A stretch of DNA of 64,000 nucleotides from Squalus acanthias. Lineage: Eukaryota. The notes under the pieces are model-generated. The model was not told the origin of the DNA. It made no database searches and saw only the letters and a program-made list of their open reading frames with translations. The stretch lies in the NCBI GenBank assembly GCA_030390025.1, contig CM059432.1:92258001-92322000 (forward strand), read 5' to 3'. Position 1 is the stretch's first letter. Every line of letters starts with the position of its first letter. Positions 28,401 to 40,687 of this stretch are shown piece by piece. The position numbers and the translations under genes were made by a program.

Positions 28401-31400
28401 CGTGCTGGATTAATGCTGTTTCTGTATTCGTGCTGGATTAATGCTGTTTCTGTATTCGTGCTGGATAAATGCTGTTTCTCTATTCGTGCTGGATTAATGC
28501 TGTTTCTCTATTCGTGCTGGATTAATGCTGTTTCTCTATTCGTGCTGGATTAATGCTGTTTCTGTATTCATGCTGGATTAATGCTGTTTCTATATTCGTG
28601 CTGGATTAATGCTGTTTCTGTATTCGTGCTGGATAAATGCTGTTTCTCTATTCGTGCTGGATTAATGCTGTTTCTCTATTCGTGCTGGATTAATGCTGTT
28701 TCTGTATTCGTGCTGGATTAGTGCTGTTTCTGTATTCGTGCTGGATAAATGCTGTTTCTCTATTCGTGCTGGATTAATGCTGTTTCTATATTCGTGCTGG
28801 ATTAATGCTGTTTCTGTATTCGTGCTGGATAAATGCTGTTTCTCTATTCGTGCTGGATTAATGCTGTTTCTGTATTCGTGCTGGATAAATGCTGTTTCTC
28901 TATTCGTGCTGGATTAATGCTGTTTCTATATTCGTGCTGGATTAGTGCTGTTTCTGTATTCGTGCTGGATTAATGCTGTTTCTGTATTCATGCTGGATTA
29001 ATGCTGTTTCTGTATTCGTGCTGGATTAATGCTGTTTCTGTATTCGTGCTGGATTAATGCTGTTTCTGTATTCATGCTGGATTAGTGCTGTTTCTGTATT
29101 CATGCTGGATTAATGCTGTTTCTGTATTTGTGCTGGATTAATGCTGTTTCTGTATTCGTGCTGGATTAATGCTGTTTCTGTATTCGCACTGGATTAATGC
29201 TGTTTCTGTATTCGTGCTGGATTAATGCTGTTTCTGTATTCATGCTGGATTAATGCTGTTTCTGTATTCGTGCTGGATTAGTGCTGTTTCTGTATTCGTG
29301 CTGGATTAATGCTGTTTCTGTATTCATGCTGGATTAGTGCTGTTTCTGTATTTGTGCTGGATTAGTGCTGTTTCTGTATTCGTGCTGGATTAATGCTGTT
29401 TCTGTATTCGTGCTGGATTAATGCTGTTTCTGTATTCATGCTGGATTAGTGCTGTTTCTGTATTTGTGCTGGATTAGTGCTGTTTCTGTATTCGTGCTGG
29501 ATTAATGCTGTTTCTGTATTCGTGCTGGATTAATGCTGTTTCTGTATTTGTGCTGGATTAGTGCTGTTTCTGTATTCATGCTGGATTAGTGCTGTTTCTG
29601 TATTCATGCTGGATTAGTGCTGTTTCTATATTCGTGCTGGATTAGTGCTGTTTCTGTATTTGTGCTGGATTAGTGCTGTTTCTGTATTCGTGCTGGATTA
29701 ATGCTGTTTCTGTATTCGTGCTGGATTAATGCTGTTTCTGTATTCGTGCTGGATTAGTGCTGTTTCTGTATTCATGCTGGATTAGTGCTGTTTCTGTATT
29801 AGTGCTGGATTAGTGCTGTTTCTCTATTCGTGCTGGATTAATGCTGTTTCTCTATTCGTGCTGGATTAATGCTGTTTCTGTATTCGTGCTGGATTAATGC
29901 TGTTTCTGTATTCGTGCTGGATTAATGCTGTTTCTGTATTCGTGCTGGATTAATGCTGTTTCTGTATTCGTGTTGGATTAATGCTGTTTCTGTATTCGTG
30001 CTGGATTAGTGCTGTTTCTGTATTCATGCTGGATTAATGCTGTTTCTGTATTCGTGCTGGATTAGTGCTGTTTCTGTATTCATGCTGGATTAATGCTGTT
30101 TCTGTATTCGTGCTGGATTAGTGCTGTTTCTGTATTCATGCTGGATTAATGCTGTTTCTGTATTCGTGCTGGATTAGTGCTGTTTCTATATTCGTGCTGG
30201 ATTAGTGCTGTTTCTGTATTTGTGCTGGATTAATGCTGTTTCTGTATTCGTGTTGGATTAGTGCTGTTTCTATATTCGTGCTGGATTAATGCTGTTTCTG
30301 TATTCGTGCTGGATTAGTGCTGTTTCTGTATTCATGCTGGATTAATGCTGTTTCTGTATTCGTGCTGGATTAATGCTGTTTCTGTATTCGTGCTGGATTA
30401 ATGCTGTTTCTGTATTCGTGCTGGATTAGTGCTGTTTCTGTATTTGTGCTGGATTAATGCTGTTTCTGTATTCATGCTGGATTAATGCTGTTTCTGTATT
30501 CATGCTGGATTAATGCTGTTTCTGTATTCATGCTGGATTAATGCTGTTTCTGTATTCGTGCTGGATTAATGCTGTTTCTGTATTTGTGCTGGATTAATGC
30601 TGTTTCTGTATTCATGCTGGATTAATGCTGTTTCTGTATTCATGCTGGATTAATGCTGTTTCTGTATTCGTGCTGGATTAGTGCTGTTTCTGTATTCATG
30701 CTGGATTAGTGCTGTTTCTGTATTCATGCTGGATTAGTGCTGTTTCTGTATTCATGCTGGATTAATGCTGTTTCTGTATTCGTGCTGGATTAATGCTGTT
30801 TCTGTATTCATGCTGGATTAATGCTGTTTCTGTATTCATGCTGGATTAATGCTGTTTCTGTATTCGTGCTGGATTAATGCTGTTTCTGTATTCATGCTGG
30901 ATTAGTGCTGTTTCTGTATTCATGCTGGATTAATGCTGTTTCTATATTCGTGCTGGATTAGTGCTGTTTCTGTATTTGTGCTGGATTAGTGCTGTTTCTG
31001 TATTCGTGCTGGATTAATGCTGTTTCTATATTCGTGCTGGATTAATGCTGTTTCTGTATTCATGCTGGATTAGTGCTGTTTCTGTATTCGTGCTGGATTA
31101 ATGCTGTTTCTGTATTCATGCTGGATTAGTGCTGTTTCTGTATTCATGCTGGATTAATGCTGTTTCTATATTCGTGCTGGATTAATGCTGTTTCTGTATT
31201 CATGCTGGATTAGTGCTGTTTCTGTATTCGTGCTGGATTAATGCTGTTTCTGTATTTGTGCTGGATTAGTGCTGTTTCTGTATTTGTGCTGGATTAGTGC
31301 TGTTTCTGTATTTGTGCTGGATTAGTGCTGTTTCTGTATTCATGCTGGATTAATGCTGTTTCTATATTCGTGCTGGATTAATGCTGTTTCTGTATTCATG

Positions 31401-33595
31401 CTGGATTAGTGCTGTTTCTGTATTCGTGCTGGATTAATGCTGTTTCTGTATTTGTGCTGGATTAGTGCTGTTTCTGTATTTGTGCTGGATTAATGCTGTT
31501 TCTGTATTTGTGCTGGATTAGTGCTGTTTCTGTATTCGTGCTGGATTAATGCTGTTTCTGTATTTGTGCTGGATTAGTGCTGTTTCTGTATTCATGCTGG
31601 ATTAATGCTGTTTCTGTATTCGTGCTGGATTAATGCTGTTTCTGTATTCGTGCTGGATTAATGCTGTTTCTGTATTCGTGCTGGATTAATGCTGTTTCTG
31701 TATTCGTGCTGGATTAATGCTGTTTCTGTATTCGTGCTGGATTAGTGCTGTTTCTGTATTCGTGCTGGATTAGTGCTGTTTCTGTATTTGCGCTGGATTA
31801 ATGCTGTTTCTGTATTCGTGCTGGATTAATGCTGTTTCTGTATTTGTGCTGGATTAGTGCTGTTTCTGTATTCATGCTGGATTAATGCTGTTTCTGTATT
31901 CGTGCTGGATTAATGCTGTTTCTGTATTCGTGCTGGATTAATGCTGTTTCTGTATTTGTGCTGGATTAATGCTGTTTCTGTATTCGTGCTGGATTAATGC
32001 TGTTTCTGTATTTGCGCTGGATTAATGCTGTTTCTGTATTTGTGCTGGATTAGTGCTGTTTCTGTATTCATGCTGGATTAATGCTGTTTCTGTATTCGTG
32101 CTGGATTAATGCTGTTTCTGTATTCGTGCTGGATTAGTGCTGTTTCTGTATTTGTGCTGGATTAATGCTGTTTCTGTATTCGTGCTGGATTAGTGCTGTT
32201 TCTGTATTCATGCTGGATTAATGCTGTTTCTGTATTCATGCTGGATTAATGCTGTTTCTGTATTCGTGCTGGATTAGTGCTGTTTCTGTATTCATGCTGG
32301 ATTAGTGCTGTTTCTGTATTCGTGCTGGATTAATGCTGTTTCTGTATTCGTGCTGGATTAGTGCTGTTTCTGTATTCATGCTGGATTAATGCTGTTTCTG
32401 TATTCGTGCTGGATTAGTGCTGTTTCTGTATTCGTGCTGGATTAATGCTGTTTCTGTATTCATGCTGGATTAATGCTGTTTCTGTATTCATGCTGGATTA
32501 GTGCTGTTTCTGTATTCATGCTGGATTAATGCTGTTTCTGTATTCGTGCTGGATTAGTGCTGTTTCTGTATTCATGCTGGATTAGTGCTGTTTCTGTATT
32601 CGTGCTGGATTAATGCTGTTTCTGTATTTGTGCTGGATTAGTGCTGTTTCTGTATTCGTGCTGGATTAATGCTGTTTCTGTATTTGTGCTGGATTAATGC
32701 TGTTTCTGTATTCATGCTGGATTAGTGCTGTTTCTGTATTCATGCTGGATTAGTGCTGTTTCTATATTCGTGCTGGATTAGTGCTGTTTCTGTATTCATG
32801 CTGGATTAGTGCTGTTTCTGTATTCGTGCTGGATTAATGCTGTTTCTGTATTCATGCTGGATTAGTGCTGTTTCTATATTCGTGCTGGATTAGTGCTGTT
32901 TCTGTATTCATGCTGGATTAGTGCTGTTTCTGTATTCGTGCTGGATTAGTGCTGTTTCTGTATTTGTGCTGGATTAATGCTGTTTCTATATTCGTGCTGG
33001 ATTAGTGCTGTTTCTGTATTCGTGCTGGATTAATGCTGTTTCTATATTCGTGCTGGATTAATGCTGTTTCTATATTCATGCTGGATTAATGCTGTTTCTG
33101 AATTCGTGCTGGATTAGTGCTGTTTCTGTATTCGTGCTGGATTAATGCTGTTTCTGTATTTGTGCTGGATTAATGCTGTTTCTGTATTCGTGCTGGATTA
33201 ATGCTGTTTCTGTATTTGTGCTGGATTAATGCTGTTTCTATGTTCGTGCTGGATTAATGCTGTTTCTCTATTTGTGCTGGATTAGTGCTGTTTCTGTATT
33301 CATGCTGGATTAATGCTGTTTCTGTATTTGTGCTGGATTAGTGCTGTTCCTATATTTGTGCTGGATTAGTGCTGTTTCTGTATTCGTGCTGGATTCGTGC
33401 TGTTTCTGTATTCGTGCTAGATTAGTGCTGTTTCTGTATTTGTGCTGGATTAGTGCTGTTTCTGTATTTGTGCTGGATTAGTGCTGTTTCTGTATTCATG
33501 CTGGATTAATGCTGTTTCTGTATTCGAGCTGGATTAGTGCTGTTTCTGTATTCGTGCTGGATTAATGCTGTTTCTGTATTCGTGCTGGATTCGTG
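1458..33595. repeat. Giant 28-bp tandem repeat array (~32.1 kb, ~1,150 copies); consensus GTGCTGGATTA(A/G)TGCTGTTTCTGTATT(C/T)
   Basis: Directly visible 28-nt periodicity from ~1458 to ~33595; copy number estimated as length/28. Confidence 0.99.
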
Positions 33596-33687
33596 AGGTA
33601 AGAGTTATATTTTATAAAAGCGCATCATTCCTTTCTGTGTAAGCACTGTTTGTGAATGTTTTCAAATTTATATAAGGATATATACAC

Positions 33688-33745
33688 AATGGGACAGGCA
33701 TGATGGGTTTAATGGCCTCATCCTGTGCTGTATGATTCTCTGATA
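33688..33745 (+). mobile_element. Short CR1/HE1-type 3' tail fragment
   Basis: acaggcatgatgggtttaatggcctcatcctgtgctgtatgattct matches the CR1 3' stem-loop plus ATTCT-type tail. Confidence 0.55.
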
Positions 33746-35121
33746 TTGCAGCATATGGTTTGGATTTACAGATCCCAGACAGATTATAATTTTTCAGGCC
33801 AGTTCAAAGGTTGGGTAATAAGAAGTGTGTATTATATTACACATTGGTCAGAAGTGTGGCATGCCCAATACTAATGTCCTTGAAATTAAACCACAAATTA
33901 TCATGCAGTTTTAAAATGGGAGCATCTAAACCATTCAATATTATGACCGGCTTGTGGCATTTAGCTGACCATCTCCCTAGCATAAAGCCTCGCTTTGAAC
34001 AGCAGATCTAATCGATGTGGCAGCTCTCCCACCCTTTATTTCCCATTCTTTTCCTTGTAGGTATGGAGACCTGCTCTGCATGTGATAAGCCTAAGACTAA
34101 TTTCTTCATAACTTTGCCTTGATATATTAGTGTGTCTCCTGTTATCCTGTCTGCAGTGATTTTCATTACTGAGAAATCACCAGAGCTTTTGTGGTGTGCA
34201 AAATAATACTTTGCATAGACAATTTCTTATTAATAAAATTAGCAAAAGGTCTGGATTTAACTCCAGTGAGACATTAAAGGATTCCCAACCGTAGTAAATG
34301 CACATACCACATGATCCATTTTCAAACTACTGGTAGAAGCTGTCAAATTAAAATGTGTAAATGGCTATCCAAAGATGTTCTAATGGTGTTTAGCCAGGAA
34401 TGTGGCCACTGTTAGCAATTAGGAGAGGTTAGAGGGCAGAACATTAAGCTTCGTGGCTAGTTGGAGGCCGGGTTGCAGCAACAAAATGTTTCTTTCCCCC
34501 CGCTGCATGCCACTTACACACAGTAGGAGCCCTGCCCCATTGAGAATAGGATTCCAGCTGTTCCCACGAACAGATGGGTCCTTTTATAAAGCTCAGTGTT
34601 ATCAAGTTAAAACAAACCTCAAGCTGCCTTTGTCTCTGCTAGCATACAAAAAGTGGAAAATCAAAGGATCTTAATAATATGCCAACCCATCTTGATTACC
34701 CTTAACTCTCATCAGCAGTACACACTATTATAATAAACACAAGTAGCTATTAGTATAAGGACATTAAATGTCTGAAGTTTAAAAATAATTTTACTGCACA
34801 GTAAAAAGAATTCCAATCCATCTGTGCAAAATCCAGGCCATACTTTGACAATAACATCCTGATTGTGAGACTTTTTCCTGAACGTTAAAAACCTTATAAC
34901 TGCAATAATTCCCAGATGACACAGGGCCTAATGAACAAAGGAAGAAGAATCTCCCAGCTCCTCCCATACACCCAGACCAGTGTAAGGGAAACTGACCCAT
35001 TTTCCGAGATTTTTTTTGTAGCTTTGCATTAAGGACTAGAATATCAAAGGACACTGGTCTGTCTTTGAGCACAGTAATCATTTCTGCTCAAAATATTTCA
35101 GAGTTAGTTGTATTTTAACAT

Positions 35122-35452
35122 ACATAGAAACATAGAAACATAGAATCTAGGAGCAGGAGTAGGCCATTCGGCCCGTCGAGCCTGCTCCACCATTCAATAT
35201 GATCATGGCTGATCATCCAAATCCAGTACCCTGTCCCTGCTTTAATCCCCACAGTACACATATCCCACCCTACCCCCGTAACCCCACGTATTTAATTCCC
35301 CCTAACATATCCCATCCTATCCCCATAACCCCACATATTTAATCCCCCCCTAACACTAAAGGTCAATTTATCATAGCCAAATCAACCTAACCCGCACATT
35401 TTTGGACTGTGGGAGGAAACCGGAGCACCCGGAGGAAACCCACGCAGACACT
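35122..35452 (-). mobile_element. 5'-truncated HE1-like V-SINE with CR1-derived tail
   Basis: Minus strand: V-domain core gcgtgggtttcctccgggtgctccggtttcctcccacagtccaaa; CR1-type tail gggccgaatggcctactcctgctcc followed by ttctatgt repeats; internal ~45-bp duplication (catatccca..accccac..tttaat). Confidence 0.8.
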
Positions 35453-35583
35453 GCAGTAATTTGTTTATTCCTGATCTCATTCAGGATCATTTTAAATTTG
35501 CAATACTCACAGGACAACCATTGTTACAGTCACTTTGTGTCAACTCTCAGACATATAGCTGCCATAAAACATCTACATATATA

Positions 35584-36639
35584 AGCACCAATTTTAACCA
35601 CCTCCCCCCTCGGTGCCTGACAAGATGGGCCATGCAGGGGGGTTAAAATATCAGCAGTGTGGTCAAGAAAGAAGAAAGACAGAAAGACTTGCATTTATAT
35701 AGCGCTTTCCACGACCACCAGAAATCCCAAGGCGCTTTACAGTCGATGAAGTTTACTTTTTGAAGTTTAGTCACTGTCGTAATGTAGGAAATGCGGCAGC
35801 CAATTTGTGCACAGCAAGCTCCCACAAACAGCAATATGATAATGGCCAGATAATCTGTTTTTAGTGATGTTGATTGAGGAATAAATATTGGCCAAGACAC
35901 CGGAGATAACTCCCCTGCTCTTCTTCGAAATAGTGCCTTAGCATCTTTTACGTCCACCTGAGAGAGCAGACGGGGCCTCGGTTTAACGTTTCATTCGAAA
36001 GACGGCACCTCCGACAGTGCAGCACTCCCTCAGTGGTGCATTGGAGTGTCAGCCTAGATTTTTGTGCTCAAGTCTCTGGAGTGGAACTTGAACCCACAAC
36101 CTTCTGACTTAGTGTACTCATTGGAGCCATGCTTAACACATGCTCTACGCCATTTTAACAGGCGTGTTTTGGGCAGCATCTGACATTCAAAAGTCGGGAA
36201 CTGATGATGTCATTCAGACCCGACTATATTGTAATTGGCAGCAACTGGTTGGTGCAGGTCCAGATGAGGCCGCAAAGGTAAAATTTATTTTATTTTTTTA
36301 AAGCTTTCCTTGGTGGCCAGGAGGAGCAGGTTCTATAAGGAATCCTTGGGCCTCCCCAGTCCCAAGCTTCCTGCGATCACCTAGGACCTCCCTCCGCCCC
36401 TTCACCTACCTTGTCGGGAACCTCTCCCGCGGGTCCCCGACTGTGGCCTCCTGCCGCGCTCGCCCGACTTCCGCCTGCCAGCCTGATGTCACTGAGGTTA
36501 GGTTCAGGGAGAAGTCGGGCCTGGTCTATTTAAGTGAAGCTCGGGAGTTAAAATGGTCCAAGTCTCAGGTCAGCAAGTCAGGGCGACCTTATCGCTCACC
36601 ACACTGGCCCCACACTCGCCCCGAGTTAAAATCGGGGCT
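35584..36639. mobile_element. Non-autonomous TIR element (Harbinger-type MITE) interrupted by a DeuSINE
   Basis: Left end agcaccaattttaac vs reverse complement of right end agccccgattttaac (13/15); flanked by ATA at 35581-35583 and 36640-36642. Confidence 0.6.
35665..36132 (-). mobile_element. SacSINE1-like DeuSINE (tRNA head, Deu domain, L2-type tail)
   Basis: Minus strand: B-box ggttcaagttcc, Deu core gctgcactgtcggaggtgccgtctttcg...aaaccgaggccccgtctgc, tail gtaaagcgccttggg...gcgctatataaatgcaagtctttct. Confidence 0.85.
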
Positions 36640-36854
36640 ATAGTATTTTAAACCTCTTCAAATTAAGTAAATTGGCAGATATCCAGTTGTGGTGCTATTG
36701 CACCGTGCTGTCTAATGTGGTCTTGAAGCACCTGCGGTACTGATAGCCAGCACTTTGTCATTCGCAAGGCTCTTTAAGGCCCCCACATTATAGTCTTAAT
36801 CTGATGGTCCCATAATTCATTTGTAACTTCTAAGCAGCACTGCACTGACACGTA

Positions 36855-37018
36855 AACAGAGAATTGTGGAGTTGGGGAACTTATAAGGCAAGAGGAGGCA
36901 GCAGAGATAAGATGAGACAAGGTCATGGAGGGATTTGAAGATGAGGATGACTGAATACATTGGGGGACAGGGAGGCAGTGTAGATCAGCGAAGACGGGTT
37001 TGATGGGTGAGCAGGACA
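36855..37018 (-). mobile_element. L2 LINE fragment
   Basis: Translation SPIKPVFADLHCLPVPQCI resembles the L2 ORF2 C-terminal motif HITPVL..LHWLPV. Confidence 0.65.
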
Positions 37019-37039
37019 ACGCTCTCTCTGATGGTCAGT

Positions 37040-37612
37040 CAGTACCGCACAAATCCAGGTTGTTGACTTCTCCATGGATGCCCCTGAGTTTTCAGGCTGC
37101 TCGGCATGTTTTAGCTCCGTGCTTCACCAAGTGCTATCTCCTGCAACTTACAGATTGACCTCAAGAAGTGGATGTACCTGTGCCGATGCTTGATACTGTA
37201 GGAGTGGGTGAAGCAGGGTACTGTGAGGTACTAGGTTGAGTCGGCACCATAGGCTCTGCTGCCTCCTCCTCTTAAGAGTAGAAGAAGAATATATTCTAGA
37301 ATAAAGACACTATTGAAATCGATATATGTAGTGTTTGTGATGCAGTTTTGGAGTTTATTCCTGTGAGTGAGGAAGTGAATGAGTGTGACTGAGTAAGCAA
37401 ATAATGAAAATTAAAGCATGAGCTTGAAGGTAGTTCTCAACATCCCCCTCCGCCACTTCCTCTTTTGCCTTCTGCTCCAGGACCTCCAGAGCCCTTGCCT
37501 CATAAGGAGTCAATAACCATAGGTTAGGGGAGCACCGCCCACCAACCCCCAACACCCCACCCCACCCCCCGCCATTCCACTTCCTCTGCCACCTGGTATT
37601 TGCAGTCTTCTC
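37040..37612 (-). pseudogene. Remnant exons 2-3 of a second Harbinger Myb/SANT-like gene
   Basis: Acceptor ttgcag| at 37613 then EKTANTRWQRKWNGGG...LTPYEARALEVLEQ...VAEGDVE, parallel to exon 2 of the + strand copy (AKVAQNCREQQQTGG...LTQLEDTVLEIIG...GEAE); second acceptor at 37271 then an S/T/P-rich frame with stops. Confidence 0.6.
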
Positions 37613-37947
37613 CTGCAAGCAGTTAGACAAGGGACAAAAGTTGGAATAAGAAATATAAGATAAGATATGTGCCACCCAAGTGCCCAGGCCAGCAGTCACC
37701 TCATGTGAGGCTGTGCTCATGAAGCATGCAATGGAGCATGCGCCCGTTCAAAGTGGTGCAGGCAGCATGCAGGATTCATGCTGCCTGCACATTCTAATGA
37801 TTGGAGTGCTGAGCTCAGCACTAAATGAGCAGCTGATTGGCTCAGCACACAAGAGGGGTCAAGATCGGGTGCAGTCTACTGGCCAATAAAATTGTGACTA
37901 GGCTCGCTGCACTTCTTCAACCTATGGTTGTCACTGTGGATGCAGCC

Positions 37948-39395
37948 ATGTCGCAACAGGGAAGAGAAAGGGCAAGGCCCTTCTCAGATGCAGCACTGGA
38001 GGCCTTGGCCCTGGGGATACACAGAAGAAGACAGGTCCTCTACCCACAGGGGGGACAGGAGGACTTTCAGACAGAACACCAGAAGGCAGTGGGAGGAGAT
38101 AGCCCAAGCCGTCAGTGCCACGAGTGTTGCCCCCAGGACCTGGATCCAGTGCCGCAAGAAGTTTAATGACCTCACACGAGTGGTCAAGGTCAGTGAATGC
38201 ATCATCAAATGCCATATCCCACCATCTGCTCCACTAGCCTCACACACTGCTCAATGCACCACACCCCCATCACTCACCTACCGACAATCTCTAGCAATCA
38301 CGACTCATATGTTACAATCATAGCTTCACCTCACCCTCACACACTTACCACTGTTGCAAGCCTCACACCCACATCTCACACCTTGCACACAATGCCAGCT
38401 ATTCAACCATGACAGGCACATCACCCACACACATTGCACCACACTCACTGACACACTTCCCTTTCTCTTGCAGGCCAAGGTGGCTCAGAACTGCCGTGAG
38501 CAGCAGCAGACAGGTGGGGCCAAGCACGGCTGCAGAACCTGACCCAGCTGGAGGACACAGTGCTGGAGATCATTGGAAGGGCCGTCACTGAGGCCGTGGC
38601 GATCGGCGAGGCTGAAAGCATTGATGATGATGGTATGCTCATACCTAATCCTCCTTCTCTCATCCCATTTCCCCATCATCGCACAATCTCTTCTCACTTA
38701 CACACTGCTGATGGTGTAAACATGCACATCTTGCTTTCCCCCCCCCCCCTCTCCTCACCACAACCCAACCCTTGTGCCTCTCTCCTTGCAGACACCCAAG
38801 AACTGCCACCAGCCCAGCCAGTCCCCAACCAAGTAGAGGTGGAGAATGATGGAGAAGAAGAGGCACCATCACTCGATCTGACACTCCCAGGCACCAGCTC
38901 AGAAAATGGCACTGCGCGAACTTTGAGGGTAGTATAGAGGCGGGATCTAAACGTGGTCAGTCACCAGGCATGAGTGGGCTGCAGCCAGGCCAGGGGGAAA
39001 GGATAGCTTGGGTGCCAGCTCCCCAAAGGGTGAGTTCGCACACGAGTTCTGCTGTACAGGACTCAGATGAGGACTTCGATGGGGTGGCCTTCAGAAGAAG
39101 GGTGATGGGCATGCACACAGAAATGCTCGGTGCAATGGCAAGCCTGCCAGAGAGCTTCTTGTCACTTTCAAGGAGCATGGAGGAGTCCGGCTCCAACATT
39201 GCACAGAGCTTTGCACGGAGCTTGGAGCCCATGATTTCCATGATTGAAATGATGGACAACTCCAGGACAGACCTTATGGACCCACAGATGATGCTGGGTG
39301 TGATGGGCGATCTCGCAGCTTCCATTGAAGCACAAGCGGAAGTGACCCAATGCGACCCAAAGACAGACACAAAGAGAATGCACAAGGGTGATTAG
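37948..39395 (+). pseudogene. Harbinger Myb/SANT-like DNA-binding protein gene, 3 exons, frameshifted
   Basis: Exon 1 37948-38188 (RARPFSDAALEAL...WEEIAQAVSATSVAPRTWIQCRKKFNDL, donor aag|gtcagt); exon 2 38474-38632 (acceptor ctttctcttgcag, donor g|gtatgc); exon 3 from 38792 (acceptor tctccttgcag); frameshifts near 38050 and 38520, stop at 38935. Confidence 0.85.
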
Positions 39396-39589
39396 TTGAC
39401 TTTGTTATGTAGTATTGGATTGATTCATTTATAAATTATGTTTGGAATGTTTGTTTTGTGGTGGCTCTCATTTCAGCTTTGTGCCCAAGAGGATGCTGTG
39501 ATGCTCCATGACAGAGGGATGGTAAGGTGGGGGCGTGGTGAGCAACGGGGATCTGGGGTTTCATTCAGGGGAACCAGAGTCTGAAGATG

Positions 39590-40687
39590 CGCTCACGAAA
39601 CGGGGATTTGCAGGCTGCCTCGTCCCTTCCTCCTCCTCCACCTCTCCTCCTCTTCCTCTCCTCTTCCTCCTCTCCTGAGGTGGTCGCAGAACCCATGGTG
39701 GCATGCGCTGCGCCCTCATGTTGGCCAAGTTGTGGAGGGTGCAGCAGACCACCACGAAATGGGACACCCGCTCCGGCGTGTACTGGAGGGCTCCTCCCGA
39801 GTGGTCAAGGCAGTGAAACCATTGCTTTAGCGTCCTGATGGTCTGCTCGATGAGGTTCCTTGTGGCAGCGTGGCTGTCATTATATGACTGCTGGCCACGA
39901 GTGGTAGGGTTGCAGAGGGGTGTCACCAGTAGACTGGATAGCCCTTGTCTCCGAGCAACCACCCTCGGGTTCAACATGGTGGCTGGAAGATTGCTGTCAC
40001 AACGGACTGACACAGGATAAAAGCATCATGACTGCTGCCAGGATACCGCGCATTCACCATCATGATGTGCGGGGCGTGGTCGCACACCAGCTGCACATTA
40101 AGTGAGTGATAGCATTGCGGTTATGGTACATCTCAGGATTTATATGCGGTGCTCGCGAAGCCACGTGTGTGCAGTCGATGGCGCCCTGCACCATGGGGAA
40201 GTCCGCTATCCTGGCAAAGCCACATGCGCACTACCCCTGCTTTTTTCTGTTCAGAGAGAAGACAATGAAGTCCCTTCTGCTAGAATACAGAGCCTCTGTG
40301 ACCTTCCGAATGCAGTGATGGACGGCGAACTGGGAGATGTTAGTTATGTCGCCTGCTCCAGAGTGGAAGGATACTTTGGCGAAAAAATTCAGGGTCACGG
40401 TCACCTTGAGGGTCACTGGCAGCGTGGTCGTCGCCCTGCTCTGAGGCTGCAGGTCTGGTTCCAGGAGGTGGCAGAGTTCGGTGACCACCTCCTTGGTGAA
40501 GCGGAGCCTCCAAATACAGGTAGGAGAAGTGCTTTCGGAAGACCCTAGGTGGGTAAGGCCTCTTGCTGAGAGCCCTCCTGGCCCTGCTTCTCCTCTCTCT
40601 CTGAGCAGCTTGTCCTCTTCTTTGTTGCCTCTGCTCCATCTCCCTGTCATGCTCCAACACGAGGGAGACTGCAAGTACAGCTCCCAT
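39590..40687 (-). pseudogene. Harbinger (HARBI1-like) DDE transposase, frameshifted
   Basis: Across frames: RLRFTKEVVTELCHLL, VQGAIDCTHV, SLNVQLVCD, YPGSSHDAFIL, WLLGDKGYP, YNDSHAATRNLIEQTI..LK..F.CLD.SGG.LQYTP, CCTLHN; D-D-E triad recognisable; several frameshifts and a stop. Confidence 0.9.

Noticed and set aside
21582..28917. Short ORFs inside the satellite (21582-21973, 28693-28917)
   Set aside because: They arise from indel or variant units that remove stop codons; no evidence of coding function
1458..33595. CRISPR-like array or repetitive protein-coding gene
   Set aside because: No unique spacers or cas genes; the 28-nt unit is not a multiple of 3 and frames hit stops regularly
39590..40687. 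Domesticated host HARBI1 or NAIF1 genes
   Set aside because: Multiple frameshifts and stops plus the convergent transposon architecture indicate a dead transposon copy
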